A stretch of DNA of 64,000 nt from positions 1 to 64,000 of the forward strand of contig JYFJ02000843.1 of assembly GCA_000934665.2 (NCBI GenBank), written 5' to 3'. This stretch comes from Catajapyx aquilonaris (lineage: Eukaryota). The position numbers and the translations under genes were made by a program. Under the pieces are notes generated by a model, which was not told the DNA's origin, made no database searches, and saw only the letters and a program-made list of their open reading frames with translations. Position 1 is the stretch's first letter. Each line of letters begins with the position of its first letter. This document shows positions 14,301 through 29,300 of this stretch, piece by piece.

Positions 14301-17300
14301 CTTCCCGGAAAGATAGCACTGAGCACATATTTTTTCAAGATGATGTTAATTTCTCGGCTTGATCACTTAGCAGTCAAAGATGTAATGAACATGTGTATAC
14401 TCTGCATGCGGTAATGATTTTTGAACTAGATTCAGATATAGAGTGAAAATCACGCACAATTTGAAGGAGACATATTGAGCTGCAAACGACTGAAATTATC
14501 ATTTTCATCCACTAATGATACCTTCACCATCTTTTTATTGCTTAATGGCAGTGATTATCCCTATTTATTATGCACATGCTTATGGTATTTGTCATGTATA
14601 AACTAATATTATGGCACTAATAAATTTTTAAGGGCGTATCTTCCTTTTGAACTGTAGATTAGGGCAGTACACCACCTGCGTAAGTACAGCCAGTAAAATA
14701 TTTTAACTGCAAATAAGCCTACTGTGAACACTGATAGAAAAATAAACCTTCAAGGGAACCGGTACTGGCAATTGAGCAACTGAGAGAGAAACCTCAAGTG
14801 CAAGGTGCTTCTCCAAAAAAAATATAGTATAAGAGCTGTCTATAAAAGAAGTTCTTAAAGAGCAAGTGGAGTGGAGGTGGTAATGAAAGGGCAAAAAGAT
14901 TGTGGGGCTGCAACTTTGGTGGCCTCAAATAAGGCTCATCGTCTTGGGGGGTTTCTCTTTGTTTCTTGGCCCGCGAAGTTTTCCCGCCAGAGTCAAATGG
15001 CGCCAAGGGCCGACGAACCTGAACGGACCATTCCCCGCACCACTGTGTATATATTCCTGCACATTTACTGAAGCCTTCCAGACAGACCGAGACATACAGA
15101 AAATGCAAGGAAATGAAGTTTTTACGGCCAACTTTCCTAGAGAGAGAGAAAAATAATAATAATATCGTGACTAGATCTCGGAGTTTTTCCGCGTAAAAAG
15201 AAGTAAACACACGATTCCGACAGAAGGTGCCGTTTTAATTGAAACGTCCGCGACATACCGTGTGACACTTGCCTGTAACGCTTCCGACACTGAATCACAG
15301 GCTGATGCACATGACAATGAGAGTCCTACACTTCCGACGTATTTTGAATGCTAATGTGACGTTGACCGCATATGGTCATGACACCACGTTTATATAAAAA
15401 GACGCTTCTTTTATTAATTATGACAAGTTAGCTGAATCACGAGCTGTTTTTATTTCCTTCCCATATTTTTATATGTATATAAGTGACGGCTATGCATTTT
15501 TGTAACAACATTGGTGTCAGTTATTACGTAATGTTGTGCAGTATATTTATGTGTGAATGAAACAATGTGAAACGCAGTGTGGTCTGTGTGTCTGTAATCT
15601 CCGCTTCATTGAGATTATCTGTTTCATGCTTAACAGCCTGAGCTTCACCGCAAAAAAAAATTGAAAATTATGACTGTTTCGGTTTACTGAATGACACGGC
15701 TGCGGCTTTAGCAAAAATACTGCCTTACACGCTTATTCAACCGTAATAAAAGTACCCATTTTCTGTATAAGTAACGTGAATAATCACAATGCAATTCAAC
15801 AGTACATATTTGACTAAAATTAATAATTTTTGTTGCCACACAATGTAAGTGATGCGCCAATCCGTTTACAAACAGTTATTGCAATTTAATGGAGCCTAAG
15901 ACTTTTAATTAATTATATAAATTACGAATCCGGCGTAACAATCAGGCCATGCGAACATACAAATCGCACAATTACACGCAAAACCTGTTTTTAAGTGGGT
16001 GGATCATGTATAGGAAACTTGCAACTCCTCCCACCTTTCTTGGTATGTGAACTGGGCCACTCGCGAATTCCGCTTTATTTTATTTTTTCCAGGCCGGGCT
16101 AAAATGGCCGGCCAATAAAACCCAAATAATTCCCTTTCTCACACCGCCATGCAGTGAGAACAAAACATGTAGCATGGTTGGCCTTATTTTACATTTTGCT
16201 GATACGTATATCATTACATTTCCATCATGTTCAAATGATGACAATTATATATGCATTTAAAAAAATATTTTGATCATAATATTGAGAAAATATTGTCACC
16301 ATTTACGATATATCGCACATATTTTTTTATTATTTCAGTCATAAACTACTCTGAGCTATAAAGTAGCACAGATTTATGGTTCAAAATGTGAAACTGATTT
16401 CTTTTTGTCTTTTCAGGTGCGATGCCAAACGCTAGTGGAACAAGATTTTTCACCGACTGTGACCGCCACGTGCAAGGCTGGCACGATGACCATTAGAGTG
16501 GCCACTGGACAGCCCTTTTATGGTGAGTCTCCCTCAAAGTGAAAATCTCTCAACATACTACAATTTAGTTTAGAAACCGCAAAAAAAAGCACTCGTTGAG
16601 TCACAATAATTCACAGGTGGCCTATCACAAGTTAAATAAGATAATGCTGGCCTTATACATAGAAGGAGATCCCCCCCGCCACACCAACTACTTCTTCTCT
16701 ACCACCACCACTTCTCTTGCTATTATTCCTCGGAGCTGCTCTCAGAGAGCGTGACTGCCCAGATAACCAGTGCTTGAGTTTCCACTTTCACTTGGAGGGA
16801 CCCCCAACTTCATTCCATTTCCAACACCCCTTCCACCTCTCACACCTTCTGCATACTTGCTGTACATGCACAATTGCACGTAAGCAATATTTCCTGTCTA
16901 AGGAAACTTAAAGAGCCATTAACTTTATTATGCGCAATATTCGGTAATTGAGGAAGTTAGTTCCAGCTGCGTTAAATAGTTGCATCATTTACGACTAATA
17001 GTTGAATGTGTAATATTGTCGCAAAGTGTCGTTAGTTTGTCACTCAGCTAAAGTTTGCAGGTGTGCACCGATAACGTTTGGTTGAAACTTATAACGGTAT
17101 GTTACTATCAGACTCGTAAATATCGGGGCAGCTCGTGATCAGGAAGGGCGATCTGTTAGCTTTTTACAGGTGTATCGACCACTTCCAATCCCACACAAAG
17201 TCTCGGAATGGCAATTCAGTTTCCAGCACCTTCTCTCCTGCGGAGTGTATAGTGCCATGTTATACGAACCCACGAGTGACCTCTCTCAACTATAGAAGTG

Positions 17301-20300
17301 ATGCACAACACACCTACACACTATGCCCTTTCCAATTCTGACCGAGAAAAAAAATTAATTTAACCAATAACTGGTATGTGGCCCAGGCAGTGTCATAAGA
17401 AGCACATTAATTTTATAGCCAAGAGAAACTTGCGTTCCGAGAAAGTGTCCCAAAAAACACGTTTATGTGACAAAATCGTCAAATGATGGTCCCCTTCTCC
17501 ATTTCGACAAAATCAGCCTAATAAATCAACCTAACCAAGGTGACCGTCTGTCGCAAGGGGAGGCCCCCCCCCCNCCCCCCGCTTTTATTTTAGAACCAGA
17601 CTTGGGTGGAGCGCCCTCTTGTGACGTCCACTGGATTAATTAATGGAAGTTACGCCAAGGACGTGCGTGGCCAATGCTCCATGGTTTAAACCCCCCCTTG
17701 TAACAAGCATAGAAAGGTCATTTCGGGATCAGGTTGGTCCGGCCACAAATTTTTGCACACACAAAAAGTGTTGTCCTACACAAGATGGGGCACACCTTTC
17801 CAGAGAGAGAAAAAAAAAACTGTCACGAAGCGAAAACCTGGTGCGGCATAGTAAATCAGTGGTCAGGTAAAAGGGCAAGTGGGTTGAAAACGAAACCAAA
17901 CAACTTTTTCCAGCAGGTGAATCTTGCGGTTCCGAATGGCCATCATGCAGTGCACAATTCCTTTCGTCACAACTTGTTACATCTGAGAAAGTGTCGTAAT
18001 ATTCGATAGTATATAGGCAAACATATTATCAAGTAACTTCTGCAAATCAGTGACGATAACGTTCTCAAAACATTTACCAAATTGGAAAGGACACCGCGTT
18101 TGATTGAAAAAAAAGTGTCCCAAATTTGTCCGGCCACAAAAAAAAAACAGGATAAGAAAATTTTTAGAAAATTAAACCTCAAAAATTCACACCGCATTTA
18201 GGTCGAAGGACGGTTTGCTTTTAATCCCATCTTGATATGTATAAAAAAAAGATGAAGAATAATATCTTGGCAGCCTCGCAAATTATCGTTTGTGCTTTGG
18301 AAAATATGTTTCGCACCGCAAACCTTGACGTTAATACCAGAAGGGGTCACCCCAAACAAGTTATCCGGTAATCGACCATTTACCGCCGCTCTCACAGTCA
18401 CGAAATACTGGCCTATTTATGCAAATTATTGTGCCTAGAACACCTTGTCGCCCTTGCGGCTTATACTACAGGTCAGTTTTTTTTCCTTCCTGATTTTGCC
18501 GATAGTTTTACTGCGTTATTGTGGTGTCCACAATTCAAAAATGTTGGGGTTGCTGGCGTTTACTGCGGTTTCATTAATTAGTTTTACGATCTTAACGTTC
18601 CTAAATTGCTGAATAATGGGAACTGAATTTTTATTGTCCCTCGTTTTAATCACATGTCCAAAATATTTGGCCGGTAGTAATTCTCTCTCGGGAATCCTGA
18701 TAATCGGTATGTTTAGCAGTTTATACAAGGTTGTCGCCTGCTAATGATATAATACAGACTATTGAAAAATCGCAAAAAAACAACACAAGGAGCGCATTAA
18801 GTCGACGAAGGTTCCACATCCAGTTTTTTTTATCTAATTGATCGACTAGTAAACATCCTTGGATTTGACGCTATTGACCTGTCAAGTGAATACTTTCCAG
18901 TAAAAGTGCGGCACCGATTTTAATTTATTGTCAGTGGTATCTTGCCAAATGTCAGAAATGTTTCAGCACATTACGATGTGTTCTGTACTGTGGAACTGAC
19001 TGCTGCTCAATTAATTAGCAAATGTGAGAAATGTACAGTACCGGGTGACCCTAAAGTCTGATCAGTGGTCTTGACACATAATATTATATTGTTGGTTGAC
19101 AATTGGTGGCAACCAACGTGTCCTGACTTTAGAGTCACCCTGTATAGTTTAACTTGTTGCTGATGAGCAGATGGAACTCACCTTCAGGAAATCACGTTGA
19201 CCTCCTTTTTTTCATTAGCAATGCTTGGTGCCTCACCTTACTGTCAATGACGATCCCTCTATTGGATCTATGTCAAGGGGCTCGAATCAGGTTATGACCG
19301 CTAAGGAGGCTCGTAAATTGTGGTGTTATACTGCATCTGGTTATGTAATGGCAATGTCAGCCTCTGCTGTATAGAGACCTGCATGGGCGAAGTGAAAGGG
19401 AAAAATATTTAGAGAAGTAATGTCCCAGTTATTCTGAATATGTCAACCTGTATGTTACCAGTTGTGACTGAACAAACTTGAAGAAAATGAAAGTGCTCAT
19501 CACATATATTCCTAGATGTTTCAAGTGCTCCATTTTCCTCAATACAAACCTGCTCATTTTTTTTAAACGACAAATACCGGTAATATAACCAATTATTTAA
19601 TCCATGACATGCAAGAGCATCGTTGAACCCTGTAAATTGACAGCAACTTGTCAGGCATGATCGGTTAGTCGAAGGAGGAAAATTGGCAACGCCCTTGACG
19701 CACCTTGCTCAGAACCGCATGCCAAAAAAGGACGCGAAGGCTCCGTCCTTGGCTCATGAGGCTCTCCTGGTAGGCAGATATTTAACATAGAAAAAAAAGA
19801 GGGAAGGAAGGGGGAAAAAAAGAGGGAAAGGCTGTACCTGCCAATCCTCATACACGCACTGGAAGTGAGGAAAACTATCTGACATATCGTACAGGAAATG
19901 TTCTACTCCAGTTGTGATGGCCACAATTGTGAAGGACCTGCGACATTGTACTCAAGATGACAACCGTACAATATTTACTGGCTTTCAAATCCAGCCTATT
20001 CCGTGTACTGTACACTACAGTGATGCTCCAACATGTGACCTAGTGGCCTTGCGATTGTAAACATGCAGAACAACATCTTCAATGTTGGCGTAACATGTAG
20101 GCTGGACTGTTATTACTCTTCAATTGCAATATATACTTCCTGCTTTTTACATTGCTCCGATTTGGATTGATTGGAGTTCTGACACACCCTGTGTAGTGAC
20201 AGGACCCGTTTGTCTTAAAACATTTCTGACGTACAGTAAAATGCACGAATGTCCTCAGAGCCTATAAGGAACTGCCAAATGAATTGTTGATTTATGTAGC

Positions 20301-23300
20301 CATTTCCCGCACGGTATGTCAGTACGCTCGTGACCAAGTCATTTTTTCGGTTATGAATAACTATTGAGGTCCGGATCACTTTGCATAATTATTATTTAGT
20401 CGAGGTAATCAATGACGATGACAATACTGCTTGCAAAAATAATAATGGTCCTCAAAATAATTTTTCTTCAATTACAGTGATTTGCGACTAATTGCACACT
20501 ATAATAACTCAATAAGTGACTAATATAACTGTGAATTTGCTCCTTGAACTCTCGCCAGTCGAATTTTTTTGAATTCAAAAGTTGTCAGTGACGTCAGACG
20601 CATATTGGATAGTAATAACGCTACTTTCCTTGAACCAGACCGGTTTTTATTACATCGGTCACGGGCATTTGCCCAACACTGCAGCAATATTGTCCGCTAT
20701 TCATTCTAAATGGTATGCTCTTTATGGCCAGTAACAGGTGCTACAAATCGTACACAACTTTGGAAAATAGAAGCACACAATCCAATCAGTCAAGCGAGAA
20801 TATGCAATGGGCACGTATAAAATCAGATAATGTGTCAGGTACTTAGGCGGAAACCACGAACTTTTTCTGGCCTAATCTATCAGTCCAGTTAGTATAAACA
20901 AGAGAGTTAGAAAGGTGACGGTAGCCATCACGTTTTGCCCTGAAAAAGTGCATGACTCCAGGTGTAGCCTACCGTTTTTTTTTTTTTTTTTTGAATGAAC
21001 CATATTGTGTCCCTTCTCGTGCAAACCAGACCCACTAATTTATTTGCGAAACACCCGTTACTAACCCATCGCATTTTACAACAAGTACACACACAGACGT
21101 TTGATGCTGATAACGACAAAAGGTTTGGCTCCAAATGTCACGACCACAGCAAACGGAACCTGAACACTTTCCACAATATTTCTGCCACTGAACAGTTACA
21201 GCAAAAATTCGCAATTTACTTAAATCCGCTTATTTCGTCTTAATTAGTTACAAAGCCATATCTGGTGTTTTTTTAAAAAAGTCTTCTCACGTACATATAG
21301 AGCACGTAGAGATTACGTATGGGCTGTGCTATACAGGAAGCATGATAAGACAATTGAAATGTTTGCAAAATGTGTGATCCGCTGCTCGGTCTTGTCCGTA
21401 TAAATGGTCGGGACCACGAAACGGCAGAAATAACTGTTGCAAGAGTGTGTGTGAGACCTGCAGCAGTTACGGTTCAGGTCACGTATCGGATGGAAAGAAA
21501 GTGAAACAGTTTTTTCTTTCGGCCGCTTTTTTTTAAATATATATCCAGGCTTTTCAAACGTTATCGGTGACATTTTCATTTACTCCGGAACATACGTACT
21601 GGGCATGTCCCTTTAGCACGTGAGCACATGTATACATTCCTGCGTGCAACTCAAGCGTGTTTACTGCACGAGTGTTCCAGCAATGGTCATAATGTATAAA
21701 ATATTAATTATGATTTTTATTATTCCAGGTGTAATTCACTCTAGAGATGGCAGGAAGAATGGTTGTATGCGATATGGCGACGGAAGCTCCAACGTCACAT
21801 TGGACATCAATCTTATAGCCAGTCCAGAAAGCTCCAGTTACTGCGGCGTCATTTCTAATAGCGTAAGTTTACACTGTTATTATAAGCAGGTACTTCAAAA
21901 ATAAAAGTGGAAAGTGTCAAACTGTAACAATACACACAATACAATCAGGAAGTGCCAAAATTGCTTCCAATCTCCTTCCAAATGGTCCGTTATGATATTT
22001 TTGACAAGCTGCTTTTCCTTTATGGATTCCTGTGCTGAATAAGAGAAGTGGACCCAATCAGGAGTAATTCACATGAAAATGTTGGCAGGCCTGGTTGTGA
22101 CGATAAGCAGCTTTTGTCCCGCTCTGTCCACTTTCTCTTGTCGTGTCGGTTGGAAATAAGTGATTTTTTTTTATATAAAAAAGATAATGAAAGATCGTCA
22201 TTACCGGTCGCGGCTTCGGAGTGAAATTTTTCTTATTGCATGTCCTGCGTATATGAGGAAGACCCGCCTAGCCGGTTATGTTCTTGGAACTGTCAAACCA
22301 TCGGCAAATCTTCATAAGAAAGTTACACTTTCTTGCCCTTTTCATCCAGATATTGCCAGACAGTGAAAGCCACTGGCACATTATGTTTTTATATATCAAA
22401 AGTTAGCTGCAGCTTATTTTTTCTCTCTCTAATTCCCCCCCCCCCCANCCCCATATATTGTGTCAACTTGTCACTTCAGAAAGTAGTATCTTCGGTCTCA
22501 TTGGAATTTAAGACTTGTCCAAAGTTGATATAGATATATTGTTTTCAAACTAGCCGTATCGACACAAATACATAGTGACCCAGTTGCATTCTGAAAGTTG
22601 CACAATTTATTCCCATTAGACGACACCTTTCTCCCTCTCATCTGCATAGATAAAAAAAAAATGTAACCTGAACAGTCCTTATCACTTGTCTTTTGTCATG
22701 CAAAAAAGATTTGCAAAATGTATCCAGACAGCACGAGATGTAGAAGGCGTGTCCCTCAAAAAATGTGTGACAGACATGATTGACATCACGACATGCCCTT
22801 CATCAGAGCGCAATTGTCATTACCCCTGTGCATTTTTTTCCCCCCTCAACACGTTTCACCTTTTAGCCTTCGTCTCTCGCTGATTGTCTCTCCAGAGGTC
22901 ACAACAAGGTGTTTTGAGTTTTCTGATTGAAATTGGAGATTCCTCATGCCATTGTGAAAAAAAAGACGGAATGGCACCGATGGGAGAGCCACACATCCAG
23001 TGTTAAGATGTGCATGGAGGTCGTTCAATCAAGCCTAAACCGTAATTCCGGTATACGTGTTTTTTTGCAAGTCCTTGGAGGAACAGTATTTTTTTTTTTC
23101 AGCGGAAGAGAAATGAGGTAGAAATTTCTGAATTATAAAAGTGCAGTTTTTAAATATCGTGGCGTCACACGCTATATTTATCTTGGCATGTGATGGCATT
23201 CGTTCCGGAACCGGCTTCCAACTCTTTCGATCCTTGACTTCAGATATGTTTAACTAACTGTGACGGTGTCCTGAGTCAATTCGGTAATTTCAGCCTAATA

Positions 23301-26300
23301 CTGATTAGGTCACATAAATTTTGAGCACATATTTCCATGAACTTCAAGAGTCACACTTATAATAAGGCGCATTATTCATGACTATACTTATTCAATACAA
23401 TGTGACCTGTGACTTTTCACAAATAGTACCTGTAATTAGAAGCAGCCTTCCTGTATACAGCCACCACCTGACAATTTGACAACCAGTTTCCATAGGGTTC
23501 AAACTCCTGCGAATAACTTTCATTTTTTTTCGACCCAAGGACATCGCAGTGCCAAAACACGGCAGCCAACATATACCATTCGTGCGGATCCCATAATAAG
23601 CAAGTGTAATGATCTGTGATGAGTGTACGACGACGAAGAAGAAGAGGAAGACCTTGCCATATACACCGTTAGCCTAAACTTAAGATCCACCGGACCAGAC
23701 ACAAGAGAAAGGGGCGGAAAAAAAAGATAGCATAATCACTTCTACCTAAAAAATAGAGACATAGATCTGAACGGATGGGAAATATTTTCCACCTCCTCAA
23801 TCTGAATCATGGGAATATTTTTGCCATTGTCGAACCGGCCTTGATGTACCGTAATACCTATTGTTTACAATGTACCCATTATTCCTCTTGGGGGGGATAA
23901 TATAATATTGGCTTCGATGGAACTACTGACCCGGTGTCACGCTGCCTATTCATTAGAGGTTCTCGGCTAACAAAAGAGGCGAATAACAGCCGCCGAATTT
24001 GTTTAATTACGGTACAGTCGCGAGCAAAAATGTTTGCGAAAATTTGCGCCTGCTTATCCTACTGGCTGATGGTGCCAAATGTAATTAACGTGCGATATGT
24101 CAAGTCGGAAAAAAAAACACATTCCCACGACTTGCAGTAGTCCATGATGCTGTTTTCCTTCACCCAACCTCATCTTTTGCTTTTTTTTTTCCAGGTGTAT
24201 GGTGGGTCATACGTCTGAATATAACGAGCAGTCCGAAAGGCCACAAGGCAGCCCTTAAGGCACGGTCCAGTGGCGTCCTCGGCGGTCTCAGTCCTTAACC
24301 AGCTTCCGTGTGACACAATGACGCGATGTCCTCCTCTTCCTCCACCACAACCACCAAAGTTCCCATGCAGAGTGTTCCTTCCTTCCATATAATATACACA
24401 TACCCAACATTTGCATATACGAGTGAAAAGTTTTGCCCGTATCTTTTGGATGGGTTAGAAAGCTGATGCGGAAGAGGAAGGTGCAAGAGACACAACTCTT
24501 TTTTGAGATGATCACGAATCAATTTAGAGCTCGGCATCAGGTTCACACAGAGGTCACATTTCCCATCGAGAGGAAAACAGCTAATATTTTAATAAGCGCT
24601 ACAGTAAATATTCGAAAGTAATAAGTTCAGAAAAATTGCAATGGGCGGCCTTGCAGGAGACACGCATTGTGCAAAACCTTTGCGCAAGGGATGACTAAGG
24701 ATTTAGTCATTTCCCAGCCAACAAATTGCTTTGTCGGGATTTCCTGAGTGAGGACGACTATTCAAAAATGTCGTCGGTTTTAACCCGGATTTCGTTTTTG
24801 TGACAAATTGCGTAACACAGAAGCTTCTTCAATATCAAAAGGTGTCACTTCCCCATGCACCATTGGGTATTAGAAATGGCTTTCTAATGAAGCCCTAATT
24901 GTCCTAATGGCGATAGAGTCTCCACACCGTGACAGCTGATGAATGTTGAAAGAGTTTCTGATTCAATACCCATTGAATGTTTGTTAATAACATTTCTGAA
25001 GGCTCAAATGTCATTAACCGACCAAAAGAATTTGAATAACACGGCATCGGCATGCGACCAATTCCGTTCGCTTGTTGTGTTCCACCATGTAGAACTCGAG
25101 TGCAAATTGCACGTTACATTATTCATCAAACGGGTGTGGAGGAAAAGTCAGGAAACAACTAAGCGAAGGTCAGAAGCGCACTCTGAAATACTCCATTGCA
25201 CATACGTAATTCTGGCACATACTTACGCAATACTACATAAAAATTGTTGCACAATAATGACTCTTGTACTTGACATTTAAATCAGTAAAGTTCGAGCATG
25301 ACTAGATTCTGAATATGATGTGGGTTGTAGGGTGACGCCTTGTTCCTCAGACTAAGAAGGGGGGGAAAAAAATATGTAGAGGATTCTTGGTGGTGGGATG
25401 ATGAGCAAGGGATACGCCCAATTTGGCCCTCGTTTGGCCCACCTTGACAGCCACACCTGCATGATCATCATGCCCCAGCCTTGCACTGACATTTATAGAC
25501 GACGGAGGTTATTAATAGCTAGGTACGCCATGTCTCGTAAATTGGAGGAGCAGCCACTAATTAAGCATCGCAATTAGCCTCTTCGGTTGGAGTTACTGCC
25601 GTGGATGTAACTAGAATTCGGGGTATTTTCAGGCTGAGCTGTAAAAACTAGTGTAAGTGTTTAACACCCTGGCCGTTAAGTATTCCCTGGAGAAGTAAAC
25701 GTGCTTGTTAAGCATACCCGTGTACTGCCACAGGCCTGAACATGTGAGCACAGCCAGTCCAGCTGGTATTTCATTAGCCACTATTACCGTACAATAGCTT
25801 TTTATCCCCAAAATTCCGAAGTAATTGTGCAATAAGGGAAGTCTTCAGAGAATAAAGCAATTAATGGGCTCGATTCCCAGCAATGTCACTATAGCACCTA
25901 ATGTACTGTAAATCATGCAGGTTTATTTTGTCATGCTCTAGTGCATTGGCCTATTATTTATCAGTTCATGCATCATCCGAGTTGCAATAACTCTTGTCAC
26001 GTACTTGTTCCGGTGATGTAAAATTGGGTAAAAATCGGTCACGAGAAATGTACAGTTCTTCATCGTAAACTAATCCTTTCGTACCATATCAGCTATAAAA
26101 ATAGCTGGTAATGAACATTGTACATAACAACTGAAACCAGATGAACAATTAGCACAATGCTTGTTCGGCTAAAAATCGTGAGCAATAAAGTAATACCACG
26201 ATCATTTAGTATGATGTAGCAGCCTATAATACAGGCACCATCAAAAGTTGGGCCATCTTGAGCTGACACCAATTCAACTGGTTTTTGTGTAGGAAGAAGC

Positions 26301-29300
26301 GGGTATGGTTTCTCCCAAATGCGTCAAGGTGGAGACAGCCCCCATTCATTTAGAAGCCACTACAGTTATTCTATTCTTCTCTGCACTCTCGCTAACTCTT
26401 ATGGCCAGTTCACTTTCACTGTTTTCTTGTCCAACCTACGCCCCAGCTGACATAACAACCAACATGGAAGCGCCTTCGTTTAAACTTTTCAGTGCACTAA
26501 TTGGACTCTCCTTTTTCTTCCCCGGCAGAAATCAGAGGAGAAATCGGTGCCAATCGCTGTGCGAATCCACAAAACCCTGGAATTGGCCGACGACAAGTTC
26601 TATGTGATAACCTGCGGCAAGGCTGGTTTCAAGAACGCCAGGTGAGAAGTAAACACAACAATTAATCTGCTATAGAATCGATGCACAAAAAGCGTGTCAG
26701 GAAGAACTACACATGCAACATCTACTAAACAATATATTTAAAATGGTTAATTGGGTTCAAATAGCTGCCAAAATGTCGTTAGAAAAATGGTCAAGGCTCT
26801 GGGCTAACCAGTGAGGTGCAACAGGTAAAAAAAAGTGTGGTTGACCATGATTTCACAGGTGATTGCAGCCCCTCAACTGACCATGTGACGGTTTTTATTG
26901 GCACGGTTACCAGCAACGGTCTGCGGCATGCCATTATTTTTCAATTTCTTTATCGAAAGGCCATACTTTTATCACTTATAATTCGACGCACATCTGCAAA
27001 CTTGCCGCTTGCTTGTTAGATAACATACTATAGCGGAGAAAATATGTGACCTACAGGATGAAAAGAACAACCTTCATAGAAAGAAAGAAAGAAAGAAAAA
27101 TGTCGGCAGTTCTTCTCTGAAAACCAACCGGTCGTGGACACGCCTTGGTCCGCTTTTCAAGTCGGCATCGCCATAAAGCACTCCTCTAATCTCGCCCATC
27201 GACTCTGCCAATTGCGGCTTTCAATTGTCCAGCCAACCGTTACCATACCGGAAGAGAGTACTCTACGGAATTCGGGCCCGGAGGCACCTCACAGAAGGAA
27301 ATGACCAACTGATGTATAGGACGCCATTACAATTTTTTTTCCTAAAGGAAGAACAAGATCAAAATGGCATAATGTTGGACTTAATTTCACTAGTACTTCT
27401 GAAAAATTAATGTGCCATGAACTGAGTCCCTTTTCCTTCAAGATCGTTGCTGAGTTGACCCCCAAGCAATCCCAAATTCAGTCGAGCGAGTCAGTAAAGC
27501 AGCGTTTGTCTCTAGAAAATTATTCCAAGTGCGTGACTTGGGTCCGAGGGTGGCACCCTCGTGCATGATAATGGCATCGAAAATGAAACTGCTACTATTC
27601 CTGCGGTGAAAGTTTCTCTTGAGAAAAAAAATATATATATTTGTAACCCCATTCATTTTTTCGTATGTAAGATCTCCCTCCTTCCTTCCCAACTGGCAGT
27701 AACATTCAAGGGCGACCACAAGGTAGCTCATATTTTTGGTTTGATTTTTTGACAGGAACGAAACGTCCCTGGTGTCCATGAAACTTCTGACCAGCGATGG
27801 CAAAAAGGTGCACGAAGTGGTGCAGGGTCGCCTCTACAACCTCAGAGTCGACGTGTCACGTCCTGATGGTAAGTCGCGTCGTACAGGCCGCCAAAATATT
27901 TTAAAAAAAGACATCGATATACGCTGTTATTCCCGTTCACGATGTATCGATATATTATATTCCTGGATCACTTTCTGAGCCCCACGATTGGCTGCTGCAT
28001 GATGTCATAAGCCGTGATTGGCTCCACTTCCTCCCCCACGATTTCCCGAACATACGGACATTTTCTACACTTTATATACGTACACATACATATTTAGGCG
28101 CGGCGTCAATTTGGCAGCAAGCCTGACAACAAGTCCTTGTCTCTTAGGCGTTATATCTCCCAATGAATAAAAAAGGAACGGGGGGGGGGGGGGGGGTANC
28201 CACCTGCTGTGGTCGCAAGGACGTCCATCGGATCCCCATGAAATAAATTCCTTCCTTCCTTCCTCTCCGCCTTTCTACTGCCCCTTAGGGGCTATTTCCT
28301 TCAAATAGTAATCCGCCTCGCCCACCCTTGTCTTCACCTTGATTTTGGCCAAATTTCCCTTCCCTCAAGCAAACGACAGCATCACGACACATCTCAGTGG
28401 TCGTACCCATTCTATAGTGTGCAGAGGAGGAGCATATGCGCTAACTGGTAGTGGTAAATCGTACTACGTCCAAATGGTGGGCGAGCTATGCAGTGTTGCC
28501 AAATTTTTTGGGGGGGAAAGACTTTTCCAAGGCATCTACCGCCTTGTTATAATTGGGAGTGCAAAATACGAACAAAAGGGTACAACCTCAGGGGGTATCT
28601 AGTTACCCTTGGAAATGGTCACGCAGATTAATCAGAGCAGTTTTGGACCAGTGAAGGCGGGCCTTTTGAAAAAAATATATAAAAAATTTTAAAGTCAGAT
28701 GAAGTATGGCATGACTCAGCGTCTTTTTGTTCTAAGATGAGACCACCCGACGGATAATATATATATAAAAAATAGTACCAATTTAGCATCGGCCTTAATT
28801 TGATGCCGCTCAGGAACCATGCCTTGTTATTTTGGCTTGAATGTATCGATTGCACAAATTATTCCATGGATGGTCATTAGCTTCGGACAGTGTAATTGCA
28901 GGGTTTGTTTCATGTATTGCCGAAATTGATAGCCCTTTGCACGCAATTATTTCTTACACATTGGTGTATAAAAATTGCAAACTTGGACTGCATTTTTTTT
29001 TTGCGTAATACTGACCGTACTTTTGTTTGCAGGGTCATACGGCATCCGTGTCAGATCGTGCTTCAGCTTCAGTGGTCAAAACAGCACGGTCCAACTGGTC
29101 AACGATAAAGGGTACGTACACACACAAAAAAAAGGTCACAATTACCCACCCACATTATGCAGCCTACCCAACCATATAAAAGGCCACAAATTCCTATATA
29201 CTCGTAGCAGGCCAAATTTTTTTTTTTTTTTTGCATACCGGAAGCTAAAAACTCGGTCAGCGGGAATGTGTGCATGACTCCCTCGAATCACCTGGCTCCA

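Noticed and set aside
1000..16400. Many 60-170 aa ORFs (e.g. 7513-8034, 7631-8080, 11497-11901, 14794-15210)
   Set aside because: They are driven by poly-A/T tracts (K/F-rich), overlap on both strands and show no motifs or consistent splice structure; treated as intergenic or intronic noise.
24195..24218. Strong acceptor ttttttttccag inside ZP intron 3
   Set aside because: Stops after 7 codons in the required phase, and exons 3 and 4 already join in frame.
25860..25895. B-box-like GGGCTCGATTCCC (similar at 23495)
   Set aside because: No A box or cloverleaf; at most a decayed SINE fragment, not a tRNA.
17565..28200. Poly-C/poly-G tracts with single n bases (17574, 22448, 28199)
   Set aside because: Homopolymer sequencing or assembly ambiguity, not interpretable as biology.
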